DNA from: an uncultured Flavobacteriales bacterium
Lineage (GTDB): Bacteria > Bacteroidota > Bacteroidia > Flavobacteriales > BACL11
Assembly (NCBI GenBank): GCA_905478555.1
Contig: CAJQIZ010000029.1
Span: 11,221-75,220 of the forward strand
DNA length: 64,000 nucleotides
Direction of reading: 5' to 3'
In this document: positions 18,842 through 28,900 of the stretch, in pieces
How positions within the stretch are numbered: the first letter of the stretch is position 1
Layout of the letters: the number at the start of each line of letters is the position of its first letter
Notes under the pieces: generated by a model
What the model saw: the letters and a program-made list of their open reading frames with translations, nothing else
Databases searched by the model: none
Told to the model about the DNA's origin: nothing
Translations under genes and position numbers: made by a program

Positions 18842-19588
18842 ATGAAATTATTAGAGGGAAAGACGGTAATCATTACCGGTGCTAGTAGAGGTATTGGTAA
18901 AGGAATAGCAGAGTTGTTTGCTCATCAAGGGGCAAATATTGCATTTACTTATCGATCATCTGATGAAAAAGCAAAATCCTTAGAAGAAGAGCTTTCTGTA
19001 ATCGGATGTAAAGCGAAAGGATATAAGTCGGATGCATCTGATTTTGATGCAGCACAAAAACTGGCTGCTGATGTATTAGAAGAGTTTGGTTCTATTGATG
19101 TACTAGTAAACAATGCGGGTATTACAAAGGATGGACTTTTAATGCGGATGTCGGAAGATGATTTTGATAGTGTAATGGACATTAATATGAAATCTGTTTT
19201 CAACATGACTAAAGCAGTATTGCGTCCTATGTTAAAACAAAGAAAAGGATCTATTATAAATATGAGTTCGGTTGTAGGTGTTAAAGGAAATGCGGGTCAG
19301 TCAAATTACTCTGCATCTAAGGCGGCTATTAACGGATTTACAAAATCTACCGCCTTGGAGTTAGGATCTCGTAATATCAGATGTAATTCTATTGCTCCTG
19401 GTTTTATTGAAACTGAAATGACAGAAGCTCTAGAAGAAGAACAAATAAACGAATGGAGAAATTCTATTCCTTTAAAAAGAGGAGGTACTACTGAAGATAT
19501 TGCAAATGTAACTTTATTTTTAGCTTCTGATATGTCGGCTTATGTTACCGGACAAGTTCTACATGTTTGTGGTGGAATGCTAACATAA
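18842..19588 (+). CDS. fabG: 3-oxoacyl-[ACP] reductase
   Basis: SDR motifs TGASRGIG, NNAG and YSASK. The start was moved to MKLLEGKTVIITG at 18842. Confidence 0.9.
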   Translation: MKLLEGKTVIITGASRGIGKGIAELFAHQGANIAFTYRSSDEKAKSLEEELSVIGCKAKGYKSDASDFDAAQKLAADVLEEFGSIDVLVNNAGITKDGLLMRMSEDDFDSVMDINMKSVFNMTKAVLRPMLKQRKGSIINMSSVVGVKGNAGQSNYSASKAAINGFTKSTALELGSRNIRCNSIAPGFIETEMTEALEEEQINEWRNSIPLKRGGTTEDIANVTLFLASDMSAYVTGQVLHVCGGMLT

Positions 19589-19592
19589 AATT

Positions 19593-21632
19593 ATGTTTGG
19601 AATTACAACCGAATTACCAATTTATTATAGTATAATCTGCATCCTTTTAGGTGTGGTTTATGCTTATTTTTTATATCGTAAAAATAATTTTTTAAGTAGA
19701 AAAATTACTTTTATTCTGTTTGTTTTTCGTGCTGTTGTAGTTTCTGTTTTGTCTTTTTTACTATTAAACCCTCTCACCACTATTGTACATCATTCACAAG
19801 AAAAACCTTTAGTTATTTTGGCTCAAGATGTTTCAAAATCTACTTCTAACTATTCCGATTCTACTTCTTTTGCTAATTTACAAACCGAATTATTAAATAA
19901 TTTTGATATAGTATCTTATCATTATTCTGATGAGGTTAAAGAAGGTTTTACTTCTGATAAAAAAGGAATATCTACTAATATTTCAAAACTTATGGATGAG
20001 GTAGATTTAAAGTATTCTTCCCGAAATTTATTGGGAGTTGTTCTTTCTTCTGATGGATTGTATAATGAGGGAGCAAATCCTAATTATCATAAAATTTCAA
20101 AATCGGTACCTTTTTATACTATTGCTTTAGGGGATAGTAGTATTAAAAAGGACATACAAATATCTAAAGTGTTACACAACGATATTTCTTTTCTTGACAA
20201 TACTACTCCTGTAGAAATTCAAATAAAAACTAACAAATGTAAAGGAGAAAATATAGTTGTAAAACTATATTCGGAAAACAAATTATTAGATTCGAAAAAC
20301 ATCAATATAAAAACAAATTCTGATTTTATTAAAACTACTTTTAATATTAAAAATAACAAATCAGGAATTAGTAAATATAAAGTAGTGCTTAACACTTTAA
20401 AACAGGAAGCGTCTATTTCTAATAATTCTTATACTTTTTTTATTGATGTAATTGATTCTAAGTATAAAATACTTGTCCTTTCTGATGTGGTGCATCCAGA
20501 TGTATCTGCTGTAAAATCTGTGTTAGATGAAAATAAAAACTATGAAGTAGAATATCAAAAAGTCAGTGAGTTTAATTCTGATAATTTTCAGAAATACAAT
20601 CTACTTGTCAGTTTTTATATTCCAAATAATAAGTCCCATATTATCGAGAAAATTAAGAATTCTGACATTCCTCTTTTAATGTTTGTAAATTCTAAGTCGG
20701 TTTCTACTTTAAAATCTATTTATCCTACTTCTTCTATTAGTGGAAAAAACAAAGTACAGGAAGTGAACGCAACTTATAATTCTAATTTCACAAAGTTTTC
20801 TGTTTCTACCGATTTGCAAAACTTTATTTCCGATTTACCTCCTTTGTATTCTATCTTTGCTAATTATACTCCTTCCTCTACTTCTGAAATCTTATTGTAT
20901 CAGAAAATAGGAATATATAATACCGAAAAACCACTTATTGTTTTAGATGAAACTCCTAACAGAAAAATATCTGTTGTATATGCTGAGGGGCTATGGAAAT
21001 GGAAAATAAGTGATAGAACAGAAGATAATTATCATAAAAACTTTGATGAGTTGTTTTCTAAAATATCTCAATATTTATTGATTAAAGAAGATAAAAGTAG
21101 GTTCAGAATTCAATACGATAAAAAGGTACAGGAGGGCAGGGATATTGAATTTACAGCAGAATATTATAACGAAAACTATGAGTTAGATAATGAGAAAGAA
21201 GTGACTCATACTATTACATCTGAAAACAATGAGGATTATAGTTTTGTGTATTCAAAAAATAAAAACTCTAATTATATTCTTAAAGTCTCTTCTCTTTCTC
21301 CTAATAAATATTATTTCACTTCTGTTTATAATAATTCGGATGTATTAATTAAGGGGCAGTTTATCGTTTTCCCTAAACTATTAGAGGGAATAGAAACAAG
21401 GGCAAATCACCAATTTTTACATCAATTTTCTACAGAGAGTAATGCTCAAGTATTTCCCGAATTTAATATAGAACAGATATCATCTGTATTATTAAATAGT
21501 CCTTTAAATAAAACTATTATGCATTCTACCGAAAAGGTAGAGTCAGCAATAAATAAGGTGTGGATTTTAATACTTGTATTGCTATTTATTTTCACAGAAC
21601 AAATAGTAAGGAAGTATAACGGATTTTACTAA
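19593..21632 (+). CDS. Membrane protein with a possible VWA/MIDAS motif (BatA/BatB-like architecture)
   Basis: 679 aa with two N-terminal TM helices, one C-terminal TM helix, and a DxSxS-type motif (LAQDVSKST) shortly after the TM pair. The family assignment is tentative. Confidence 0.45.
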   Translation: MFGITTELPIYYSIICILLGVVYAYFLYRKNNFLSRKITFILFVFRAVVVSVLSFLLLNPLTTIVHHSQEKPLVILAQDVSKSTSNYSDSTSFANLQTELLNNFDIVSYHYSDEVKEGFTSDKKGISTNISKLMDEVDLKYSSRNLLGVVLSSDGLYNEGANPNYHKISKSVPFYTIALGDSSIKKDIQISKVLHNDISFLDNTTPVEIQIKTNKCKGENIVVKLYSENKLLDSKNINIKTNSDFIKTTFNIKNNKSGISKYKVVLNTLKQEASISNNSYTFFIDVIDSKYKILVLSDVVHPDVSAVKSVLDENKNYEVEYQKVSEFNSDNFQKYNLLVSFYIPNNKSHIIEKIKNSDIPLLMFVNSKSVSTLKSIYPTSSISGKNKVQEVNATYNSNFTKFSVSTDLQNFISDLPPLYSIFANYTPSSTSEILLYQKIGIYNTEKPLIVLDETPNRKISVVYAEGLWKWKISDRTEDNYHKNFDELFSKISQYLLIKEDKSRFRIQYDKKVQEGRDIEFTAEYYNENYELDNEKEVTHTITSENNEDYSFVYSKNKNSNYILKVSSLSPNKYYFTSVYNNSDVLIKGQFIVFPKLLEGIETRANHQFLHQFSTESNAQVFPEFNIEQISSVLLNSPLNKTIMHSTEKVESAINKVWILILVLLFIFTEQIVRKYNGFY

Positions 21633-22105
21633 TTATTCCCCATAAAATCTTTTAATTTTTTAGCGGTAAGCTGTACTGCTAAACATTCGTTTCCTGCTAG
21701 AGTAGAGCTAGAATTAAACAGTATGTTTCCTAGTTCATCTTCTACTTCCCAACTTAGAGTATGATAACTTATGTTACTCCAGAAAACACTTCCAGTTGTA
21801 AAGTAAGGGTCGTTACATGCAGGGTCAATTTCAGAACTGAAAAACCCATTGTCGTTATATTGAGAACCTATATTTACTCCATCAATATAAAAAGTTAATT
21901 CTTGAACTCCTGCATTATATAAAAATATTCCTGCATTTTGATCAAGGTAAAATATTATATCGGAGTTAAAATCACAGCTATTATTGTTTATGTCTGCATT
22001 GTAATTGTAGTTTATCGCATTCGGATCGGTGCATCCTTCAATGGGAGTAGTTTCGCAAGAATTTAAAGTTATTAACGCTAGGCTAAAAAGTAATATCTTT
22101 TTCAT
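21629..22105 (-). CDS. Lipoprotein of unknown function
   Basis: Lipobox LNSC. It carries a GCTDPNAINYNYNADINNNSC motif, a Cys-bounded motif I recall as common in marine Bacteroidota surface proteins. Convergent 4-nt overlap with the previous gene. Confidence 0.55.
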   Translation of the reverse strand: MKKILLFSLALITLNSCETTPIEGCTDPNAINYNYNADINNNSCDFNSDIIFYLDQNAGIFLYNAGVQELTFYIDGVNIGSQYNDNGFFSSEIDPACNDPYFTTGSVFWSNISYHTLSWEVEDELGNILFNSSSTLAGNECLAVQLTAKKLKDFMGNN

Positions 22106-22138
22106 GTTTGTTTTTTATAAATAAGTTACAAAATTAGT

Positions 22139-22146
22139 TATTTTTG
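22139..22146 (+). promoter_or_regulatory. -7 promoter box (TATTTTTG) for purL
   Basis: TAnnTTTG match 23 nt upstream of ATG 22169. Confidence 0.4.
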
Positions 22147-22168
22147 CAAACAAATCAAAATAAATAAT

Positions 22169-24406
22169 ATGTCTTCACAGTCAACACTTACATTAGCTAC
22201 TTTAGATCAAGCTCAGGAAATAGGTTTGCGTCCAGAAGAATTTGATAAGATTAAAGAAATTTTAGGTAGAACTCCTAATTTTTGTGAACTTTCCGTTTTT
22301 GGAGTGATGTGGTCAGAGCATTGTTCTTATAAAAACTCCATTGTTTGGCTGAAAACATTACCAAAAGAAGGACCTCATATGTTAGTTGAGGCAGGAGAAG
22401 AAAATGCAGGTTTAGTAGATATTGGTGATGGTTTAGCATGTTGTTTTAAAATTGAATCTCACAATCATCCTTCAGCATTAGAACCTTATCAAGGTGCTGC
22501 TACAGGGGTAGGAGGTATTAATAGAGATATTTTTACAATGGGCGCTCGCCCAGTTGCTCAATTAAATTCGCTTAGGTTTGGTAATATTGAGTTAGATAAA
22601 ACAAAATGGTTAGTTAAGGGAGTTACAAAGGGTATTGGTGATTACGGAAATGCTTTTGGTATTCCTATTGTTGGAGGGGAGGTTTTCTTTGATAATTGTT
22701 ATAATACTAATCCGTTAGTAAATGCTTTCTCTGCGGGTATAATGAAGAAGGGAGAAATGATTTCGGCTACTTCATCTGGGGTAGGTAATCCAGTGTTTAT
22801 TGTTGGTTCTCGTACAGGAAAAGATGGAATTCATGGAGCTTCTTTTGCATCAAAAGATATTACAGAAGATTCTATACAAGATTTACCAGCAGTACAAGTT
22901 GGAGATCCTTTCCAGGAAAAATTATTGTTAGAAGCTACTTTAGAGTTAGGAAAAACTGATGCAGTTGTAGGAATGCAAGATATGGGTGCAGCAGGAATCA
23001 CTTGTTCTTCAAATGAAATGTCGGCAGCTGGTAAACATGGAATGGATTTATGGTTAGAAAAAGTTCCTACTCGTCAAGCAGATATGAAAGATTGGGAAAT
23101 TCTATTATCAGAATCTCAAGAGAGAATGTTGGTAGTGGTACATAAAGGACAAGAAGATATAGTAAATGCTATTTTCGATAAATGGGATTTATCTTGTAAA
23201 GAAATTGGTGTAGTTACAGAAGGAGATAGAGTAAGATACTTTATGAATGGGGACTTAGTAGGAGATGTACCTTGTGTTGATTTAGTATTAGGAGGTGGTG
23301 CACCAGTTTATCATAGAGAATATTCTGAACCATCTTATTTTGAAGAATGGAAAAAATTTAATATTGATAGTATTGAGCAACCTACCGATTTAGTAGAGGT
23401 TGCAAAGTATTTAACAGGACACGAAAATATTGCATCTAAAAGATGGGTTTACGAGCAATACGATTCTATGGTTGGTACAATAAACATGAGTACGAATGGA
23501 CCAACAGATGCTGCAATTGTAAACTTAAAAGGTACAGATAAAGCACTTGCTATGACTGTAGATTGTAATGCTCGTATGGTAAATGCAAACCCGGAAGAAG
23601 GTACTGCAATGGCAGTTGCTGAAGCAGCCAGAAACATTGTATGTTCGGGTGGTGTTCCATCTGCAATTACTAATTGTTTGAATTTTGGTAATCCTTATAA
23701 CCCTGAAGTATACTGGCAGTTTGTTGGTGCTATTAAAGGAATGAGTAAAGCCTGTTTAAAATTCAAAACTCCTGTTACAGGAGGAAATGTTTCTTTCTAC
23801 AATCAATCTTCAGTAGGAGGTACAGAAGTTCCAGTTTTTCCGACACCAACTATTGGTATGTTAGGAATTGTGGAAGATAAGAAACATATTACTTCTTTAG
23901 ATTTTAAAGGAAAGTCGGACTTAATTTATATGTTAGGCACTTCAGAAAATAACATCTCTTCTTCTGAATACTTAGCTTCTTATCATGGATTAAAAGAATC
24001 TCCTGTACCTAATTTTGATTTAGATGCAGAATCGGAATTACAGTCTCAACTTACAACACTTATTAGGTCCGGAGTTATAGAATCAGCACATGATATAGCA
24101 GATGGTGGTGTTTTCATTACTTTGTTAGAAAGTGCTTTGGTAAATAACTTAGGATTTGATATTACTACAAGTTCAGAAATTAGAGAAGATGCTTTCCTTT
24201 TCGGAGAAGGACCTTCCAGAATTATTGTTTCAGTAAGAGAGGTAAAAGAAGATAGATTCTTAGATTTATTAAAAGAATCAAAGATTCCTTTTTCACTTTT
24301 AGGACATGTAAGTAAAGGAGATATAAGAATTGATGATAAATCTTTTGGTGATATTGAAGAGTATAGAAAGATTTATACTAACTCTTTGGAGTCTAAATTG
24401 AAGTAA
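22169..24406 (+). CDS. purL: Phosphoribosylformylglycinamidine synthase subunit PurL (short, FGAM synthase II form)
   Basis: 745 aa with a duplicated AIR-synthase-like fold and motifs ESHNHPSALEPYQGAATGVGG and DCLNFGNP-like NCLNFGNP. Confidence 0.95.
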   Translation: MSSQSTLTLATLDQAQEIGLRPEEFDKIKEILGRTPNFCELSVFGVMWSEHCSYKNSIVWLKTLPKEGPHMLVEAGEENAGLVDIGDGLACCFKIESHNHPSALEPYQGAATGVGGINRDIFTMGARPVAQLNSLRFGNIELDKTKWLVKGVTKGIGDYGNAFGIPIVGGEVFFDNCYNTNPLVNAFSAGIMKKGEMISATSSGVGNPVFIVGSRTGKDGIHGASFASKDITEDSIQDLPAVQVGDPFQEKLLLEATLELGKTDAVVGMQDMGAAGITCSSNEMSAAGKHGMDLWLEKVPTRQADMKDWEILLSESQERMLVVVHKGQEDIVNAIFDKWDLSCKEIGVVTEGDRVRYFMNGDLVGDVPCVDLVLGGGAPVYHREYSEPSYFEEWKKFNIDSIEQPTDLVEVAKYLTGHENIASKRWVYEQYDSMVGTINMSTNGPTDAAIVNLKGTDKALAMTVDCNARMVNANPEEGTAMAVAEAARNIVCSGGVPSAITNCLNFGNPYNPEVYWQFVGAIKGMSKACLKFKTPVTGGNVSFYNQSSVGGTEVPVFPTPTIGMLGIVEDKKHITSLDFKGKSDLIYMLGTSENNISSSEYLASYHGLKESPVPNFDLDAESELQSQLTTLIRSGVIESAHDIADGGVFITLLESALVNNLGFDITTSSEIREDAFLFGEGPSRIIVSVREVKEDRFLDLLKESKIPFSLLGHVSKGDIRIDDKSFGDIEEYRKIYTNSLESKLK

Positions 24407-24413
24407 TAATAGA

Positions 24414-27400
24414 ATGAGTAAATACAAAGAATATAAAGGGTTAAGTTTACCTAACATACATAAAGAAGTATTGAAAGAGTGGAACGAAAAAAATATCTTT
24501 CAGGAGTGTATTAATAAAGGAAAAGGAAAACCTAGCTTTACTTTTTATGAGGGACCACCCTCAGCAAATGGTATGCCAGGTATTCATCATGTAATTGCTC
24601 GAACTATAAAAGATTTATTCTGCCGATATAAAAGTTTGCAAGGATACCAAGTAAACAGAAAAGCAGGTTGGGATACGCACGGACTTCCGGTAGAATTAGG
24701 GGTAGAGAAAAACTTAGGACTTACAAAAGAAGATATTGGTACTACTATTTCAATAGAGGATTACAACAAAGCCTGCCGAACAGATGTAATGAAATACAAA
24801 GAGGAGTGGGAAAAACTAACCAATGAAATGGGTTATTGGGTAGATATGGATAAGCCATATGTAACTTACGATAACAAATACATTGAGAGTGTATGGTGGT
24901 TGCTTTCTGAGATGCACAGAAAAGACTTGTTGTACAAAGGATTTACAATTCAACCGTATTCTCCAAAAGCAGGGACAGGATTAAGTACACATGAGTTAAA
25001 TCAGCCTGGTTGTTATAAAGATGTAAAAGATACTTCTGCAGTGGCCATGTTTAAAATTGTAGAGGATGCAAAATCAGCTTTCCTTTTTGATGGAGAACAG
25101 GAGATTTCCTTTATAGCTTGGACTACCACACCATGGACTTTACCCTCTAATACCGCACTTGCCGTTGGAAAAAAGATAAACTATGTTAAGGTAAATACCT
25201 TTAATTTGTACAACAATAAGCCCATTACTATTGTGATGGCAAAAGATTTATTACATAAATATTTCACAGAGGATATTTCTCTTTCCGACTATATAGAAGG
25301 AGACAAACAACTCCCTTATGAAATTGTAAAAGAATATATAGGAACAGATTTAAATGGAGTAAATTACCAGCAGTTATTTCCTTATAAACAACCAGAAAAT
25401 GGTGATGCATTCCGTGTTATTCTGGCAGATTTTGTAACTACAGAAGATGGAACAGGAATTGTTCACCTTGCACCTTCTTTTGGTGCTGATGATAATTTGG
25501 TGGCCAAACAAAATGGAATTGGTTCATTAACTTTAGTGGATGGACAAGGAAGGTTTACTGAGGAAGTTACTGATTTGGCAGGTCAATATGTAAAACAGGA
25601 ATTTTATACAGAAAAAGATGAAAAGCCAAAATATCCTGCTGATGTACAAATTGTAATCAATTTAAAAGATAACAACCAATTATTTAAATCTGAAAAATAC
25701 GAACACTCTTATCCTCATTGTTGGCGTACGGACAAACCAATTTTGTACTACCCAATGGATAGTTGGTTTGTAAAAACTACGGATTATAAAAAAAGAATGA
25801 TGGAATTGAATAATACCATCAATTGGAAACCAAAATCTACTGGAGTAGGGAGGTTTGGTAATTGGTTAGAAAAATTAGTAGATTGGAATCTTTCTCGTTC
25901 TAGGTTTTGGGGTATTCCTATTCCTATTTGGAGAACAGAAGATGGAGAGGAGGAAATTTGTATTTCGTCTGTAGAAATGTTACAAGTTGAGGTAGAAAAA
26001 TCTGTTGCTGCAGGTATTATGACAACTAACCCCTTATCTGAATTTGAAGTAGGAAACTTTTCTGAAGAGAACTACAATACTTTTGATTTACACCGACCTT
26101 ATGTAGATGATATTGTTCTGGTTTCATCTGAAGGAAAAGTAATGAAAAGAGAATTAGACCTTATTGATGTTTGGTTCGATTCTGGATCTATGCCTTACGC
26201 ACAACTTCATTATCCATTTGAAAATAAAGAATTATTCAAACAAAATTATCCTGCCGATTTTATTGCGGAGGGAGTAGATCAGACTAGAGGTTGGTTCTTT
26301 ACATTACATGCTATTTCTACCATGTTATTTGATAGTGTAGCTTATAAAAATGTAATTTCTAACGGATTGGTTTTAGATAAAAATGGAAACAAAATGTCCA
26401 AGAGATTGGGGAATGCAACCGACCCTTTTATTACACTTGATAAATATGGAGCAGATGCTTGTCGTTGGTACATGATTTCAAACTCTCAACCGTGGGATAA
26501 CCTAAAGTTTGATGTTAGTGGTATAGAGGAGGTACAACGAAAATTTTTCGGTACACTTTACAACACTTACTCTTTCTTTACTTTATATGCAAATATTGAT
26601 GGTTTCTCTTACTCTGAAGATGAAATTCCTTTAGAAAAAAGAACGGAAATTGACAGGTGGATTATTTCGGAATTGAATACTTTAATTACAGAAGTACAAT
26701 CTAATTATGAAGATTACGAACCTACAAAAGTATGTCGTTTGATTCAGGATTTTGTAATGAACAAATTAAGTAACTGGCACATTAGATTGAGTAGAAGAAG
26801 ATTTTGGAAAGGAGAATATAATTCAGATAAAATTTCTGCTTATCAAACTCTTTACGAATGTTTAGAAAAGATTGCTATTATTTCGGCTCCTATTGCTCCG
26901 TTTTTTATGGAACGATTATATAAAGATCTAAATGAATTCTCTTCTAAACAAAACGCAATTTCTGTTCATTTATCAGTATTCCCAAAATCAGATGCAACTA
27001 AAATTGATTCTGATTTGGAAGAAAAAATGGATGTAGCACAGAAGATAACTACTATAGCTCTTTCTCTAAGAAAAAAAGAAAGACTACGGGTTCGTCAGCC
27101 CTTACGAAAAATTATGATCCCTGTAAGTGGAGATAAAATGAAGGATCAGATTAATTCTGTTCAGGATATTTTACTTTCCGAGCTAAACATAAAAGAAATA
27201 GAATTTATCTCAGCAGACTCTGATATACTAACCAAAAAAATAAAACCAAATTTCAAAACTTTAGGTCCTAAATTTGGTAAAGACATGAAGTTGATTGCAT
27301 CAAAAGTAAATCAGTTTACAGTTGAGGATATTAAAAATATAGAAGTAGAAGGTAATTTTTTTATCAACCATGACATTACAATTGACCTTTCGGATGTAGA

Positions 27401-27749
27401 AATTTCCTCTGCAGATATTCCAGGTTGGCAAGTTATGAGTCAGGATGGAATTACTGTTGCTTTGGATGTTACCATTTCTGATAATTTAATGGAAGAAGGT
27501 TTGGCTAGAGAGTTTGTGAATAGAATACAAAATATTCGAAAAGATAAGGATTTTAAAGTTACTGATAAAATTGAAATTACTGTTGAAAAAAATGAAGCTA
27601 TGGAAAATGCAATAACAAATAATTTTTCTTATATTTGTGGAGAAACATTAGCGAATTCCTTAGAAGTTGTAAATGATTTAAAAAACGAAAAAATAAATAT
27701 TGATTTGGTAGATGGAATAACTTTAAATATTATTATTAAAAAAATATAA
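24414..27749 (+). CDS. ileS: Isoleucine--tRNA ligase (type 2, long form)
   Basis: HIGH-region PSANGMPGIHH, KMSKS-type KMSKRLGN; 1111 aa. Confidence 0.97.
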   Translation: MSKYKEYKGLSLPNIHKEVLKEWNEKNIFQECINKGKGKPSFTFYEGPPSANGMPGIHHVIARTIKDLFCRYKSLQGYQVNRKAGWDTHGLPVELGVEKNLGLTKEDIGTTISIEDYNKACRTDVMKYKEEWEKLTNEMGYWVDMDKPYVTYDNKYIESVWWLLSEMHRKDLLYKGFTIQPYSPKAGTGLSTHELNQPGCYKDVKDTSAVAMFKIVEDAKSAFLFDGEQEISFIAWTTTPWTLPSNTALAVGKKINYVKVNTFNLYNNKPITIVMAKDLLHKYFTEDISLSDYIEGDKQLPYEIVKEYIGTDLNGVNYQQLFPYKQPENGDAFRVILADFVTTEDGTGIVHLAPSFGADDNLVAKQNGIGSLTLVDGQGRFTEEVTDLAGQYVKQEFYTEKDEKPKYPADVQIVINLKDNNQLFKSEKYEHSYPHCWRTDKPILYYPMDSWFVKTTDYKKRMMELNNTINWKPKSTGVGRFGNWLEKLVDWNLSRSRFWGIPIPIWRTEDGEEEICISSVEMLQVEVEKSVAAGIMTTNPLSEFEVGNFSEENYNTFDLHRPYVDDIVLVSSEGKVMKRELDLIDVWFDSGSMPYAQLHYPFENKELFKQNYPADFIAEGVDQTRGWFFTLHAISTMLFDSVAYKNVISNGLVLDKNGNKMSKRLGNATDPFITLDKYGADACRWYMISNSQPWDNLKFDVSGIEEVQRKFFGTLYNTYSFFTLYANIDGFSYSEDEIPLEKRTEIDRWIISELNTLITEVQSNYEDYEPTKVCRLIQDFVMNKLSNWHIRLSRRRFWKGEYNSDKISAYQTLYECLEKIAIISAPIAPFFMERLYKDLNEFSSKQNAISVHLSVFPKSDATKIDSDLEEKMDVAQKITTIALSLRKKERLRVRQPLRKIMIPVSGDKMKDQINSVQDILLSELNIKEIEFISADSDILTKKIKPNFKTLGPKFGKDMKLIASKVNQFTVEDIKNIEVEGNFFINHDITIDLSDVEISSADIPGWQVMSQDGITVALDVTISDNLMEEGLAREFVNRIQNIRKDKDFKVTDKIEITVEKNEAMENAITNNFSYICGETLANSLEVVNDLKNEKINIDLVDGITLNIIIKKI

Positions 27750-27753
27750 AATT

Positions 27754-28131
27754 ATGTCGGAAAATAAAATAAACTATTCAGAAAAAGAATTGGAAGATTT
27801 TAAATCTTTAATAGAGGAAAAAATTGAAATAGCTAATGAAGATTTAAGACTTTTAAAGTCAGCATATTCTAATGTTTCAGATAACGGAACAGATGATACT
27901 TCTCCAACTTTTAAAGCTTTTGAAGAAGGTTCATCTACTTTATCTAAAGATGAAAACATGAAATTGGCTTTCAGACAAGAAAAATTTATTAGGAACTTAA
28001 GTAATGCTTTAATTCGTATTGAAAACAGAACTTATGGTCTGTGCAGGGTTACAGGAAAACTGATTAGTAAAGAACGATTAACTTTAGTTCCTCACGCCAC
28101 ACTTTCTATTGAAGCTAAAAGAGCTCAGTAA
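27754..28131 (+). CDS. DksA/TraR-family regulator with a degenerate zinc finger
   Basis: Coiled-coil N-terminal part with C-terminal YGLCRVTGKLISKERLTLVPHATLS. Only one of the four canonical Cys residues is present. It occupies the conserved ileS-dksA-lspA position. Confidence 0.75.
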   Translation: MSENKINYSEKELEDFKSLIEEKIEIANEDLRLLKSAYSNVSDNGTDDTSPTFKAFEEGSSTLSKDENMKLAFRQEKFIRNLSNALIRIENRTYGLCRVTGKLISKERLTLVPHATLSIEAKRAQ

Positions 28132-28687
28132 TCACTTGAAGAAAGTATTTTTAACATCTTTTTTATTATTATTAATTGACCAATCTACAAAAATTTGGGT
28201 TAAGACTAACATGCAACTAAACTCTGAATTTCTGTTTTTTGATTGGTTCCGTATTCATTTTATTGAAAATAACGGAATGGCATACGGTATAGAATTAGGG
28301 GGGGATTATGGGAAATTATTTCTTACTCTATTCAGGATAGTTGTTGTTGTATGGGGAGTTTTTTATGTGAATAAACTAATAAAAGAAAAAGAATTCCCAA
28401 CTGCTTTATTAATTTGTTTCGGATTAATTATAGGGGGTGCTTTAGGAAATATAATTGACAGTACTTTTTATGGTGTAATATTTAATGAATCTGCTATTTT
28501 TCATGGTAGGGTTGTGGATATGTTGTACTTCCCGCTTACAGGAGAATCCTATTTCTTACCTGATTGGATTCCATTTTTTGGAGGAGATCATTTCATCTTT
28601 TTTAAACCAATTTTTAATATAGCTGATTCTGCTATTTTTATAGGTATAACTTCTCTTCTACTTTTTTATAAAAGACACTTTAATTAA
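28109..28687 (+). CDS. lspA: Lipoprotein signal peptidase (signal peptidase II)
   Basis: Four TM helices with motifs ENNGMAYG and FNIADSAI. Confidence 0.88.
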   Translation: MKLKELSNHLKKVFLTSFLLLLIDQSTKIWVKTNMQLNSEFLFFDWFRIHFIENNGMAYGIELGGDYGKLFLTLFRIVVVVWGVFYVNKLIKEKEFPTALLICFGLIIGGALGNIIDSTFYGVIFNESAIFHGRVVDMLYFPLTGESYFLPDWIPFFGGDHFIFFKPIFNIADSAIFIGITSLLLFYKRHFN

Positions 28688-28690
28688 CTA

Positions 28691-28900
28691 GTGTTTTTAA
28701 ATTCACTATATTTACAACTTATGCATAAGTCTTGGTTGTTTTTTATTCTTTTTAGTTTTCCATTAATTAGCGAATTCTGGAACGGTACTGATGAAATAAT
28801 CATCTCATTACTTCAAGGAATGTATATAGTTGTTGTAGATTTTTTATCTGATATTGGACTTGTAAATCAGTACAAAAAAGTAGTTGTTTTACAAAAATGA
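28691..28900 (+). CDS. Small hypothetical membrane protein (doubtful)
   Basis: 69-aa ORF (GTG start, or ATG at MHKSW) filling the lspA-uvrC gap and overlapping the uvrC start by 4 nt. No motif. Confidence 0.25.
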   Translation: MFLNSLYLQLMHKSWLFFILFSFPLISEFWNGTDEIIISLLQGMYIVVVDFLSDIGLVNQYKKVVVLQK

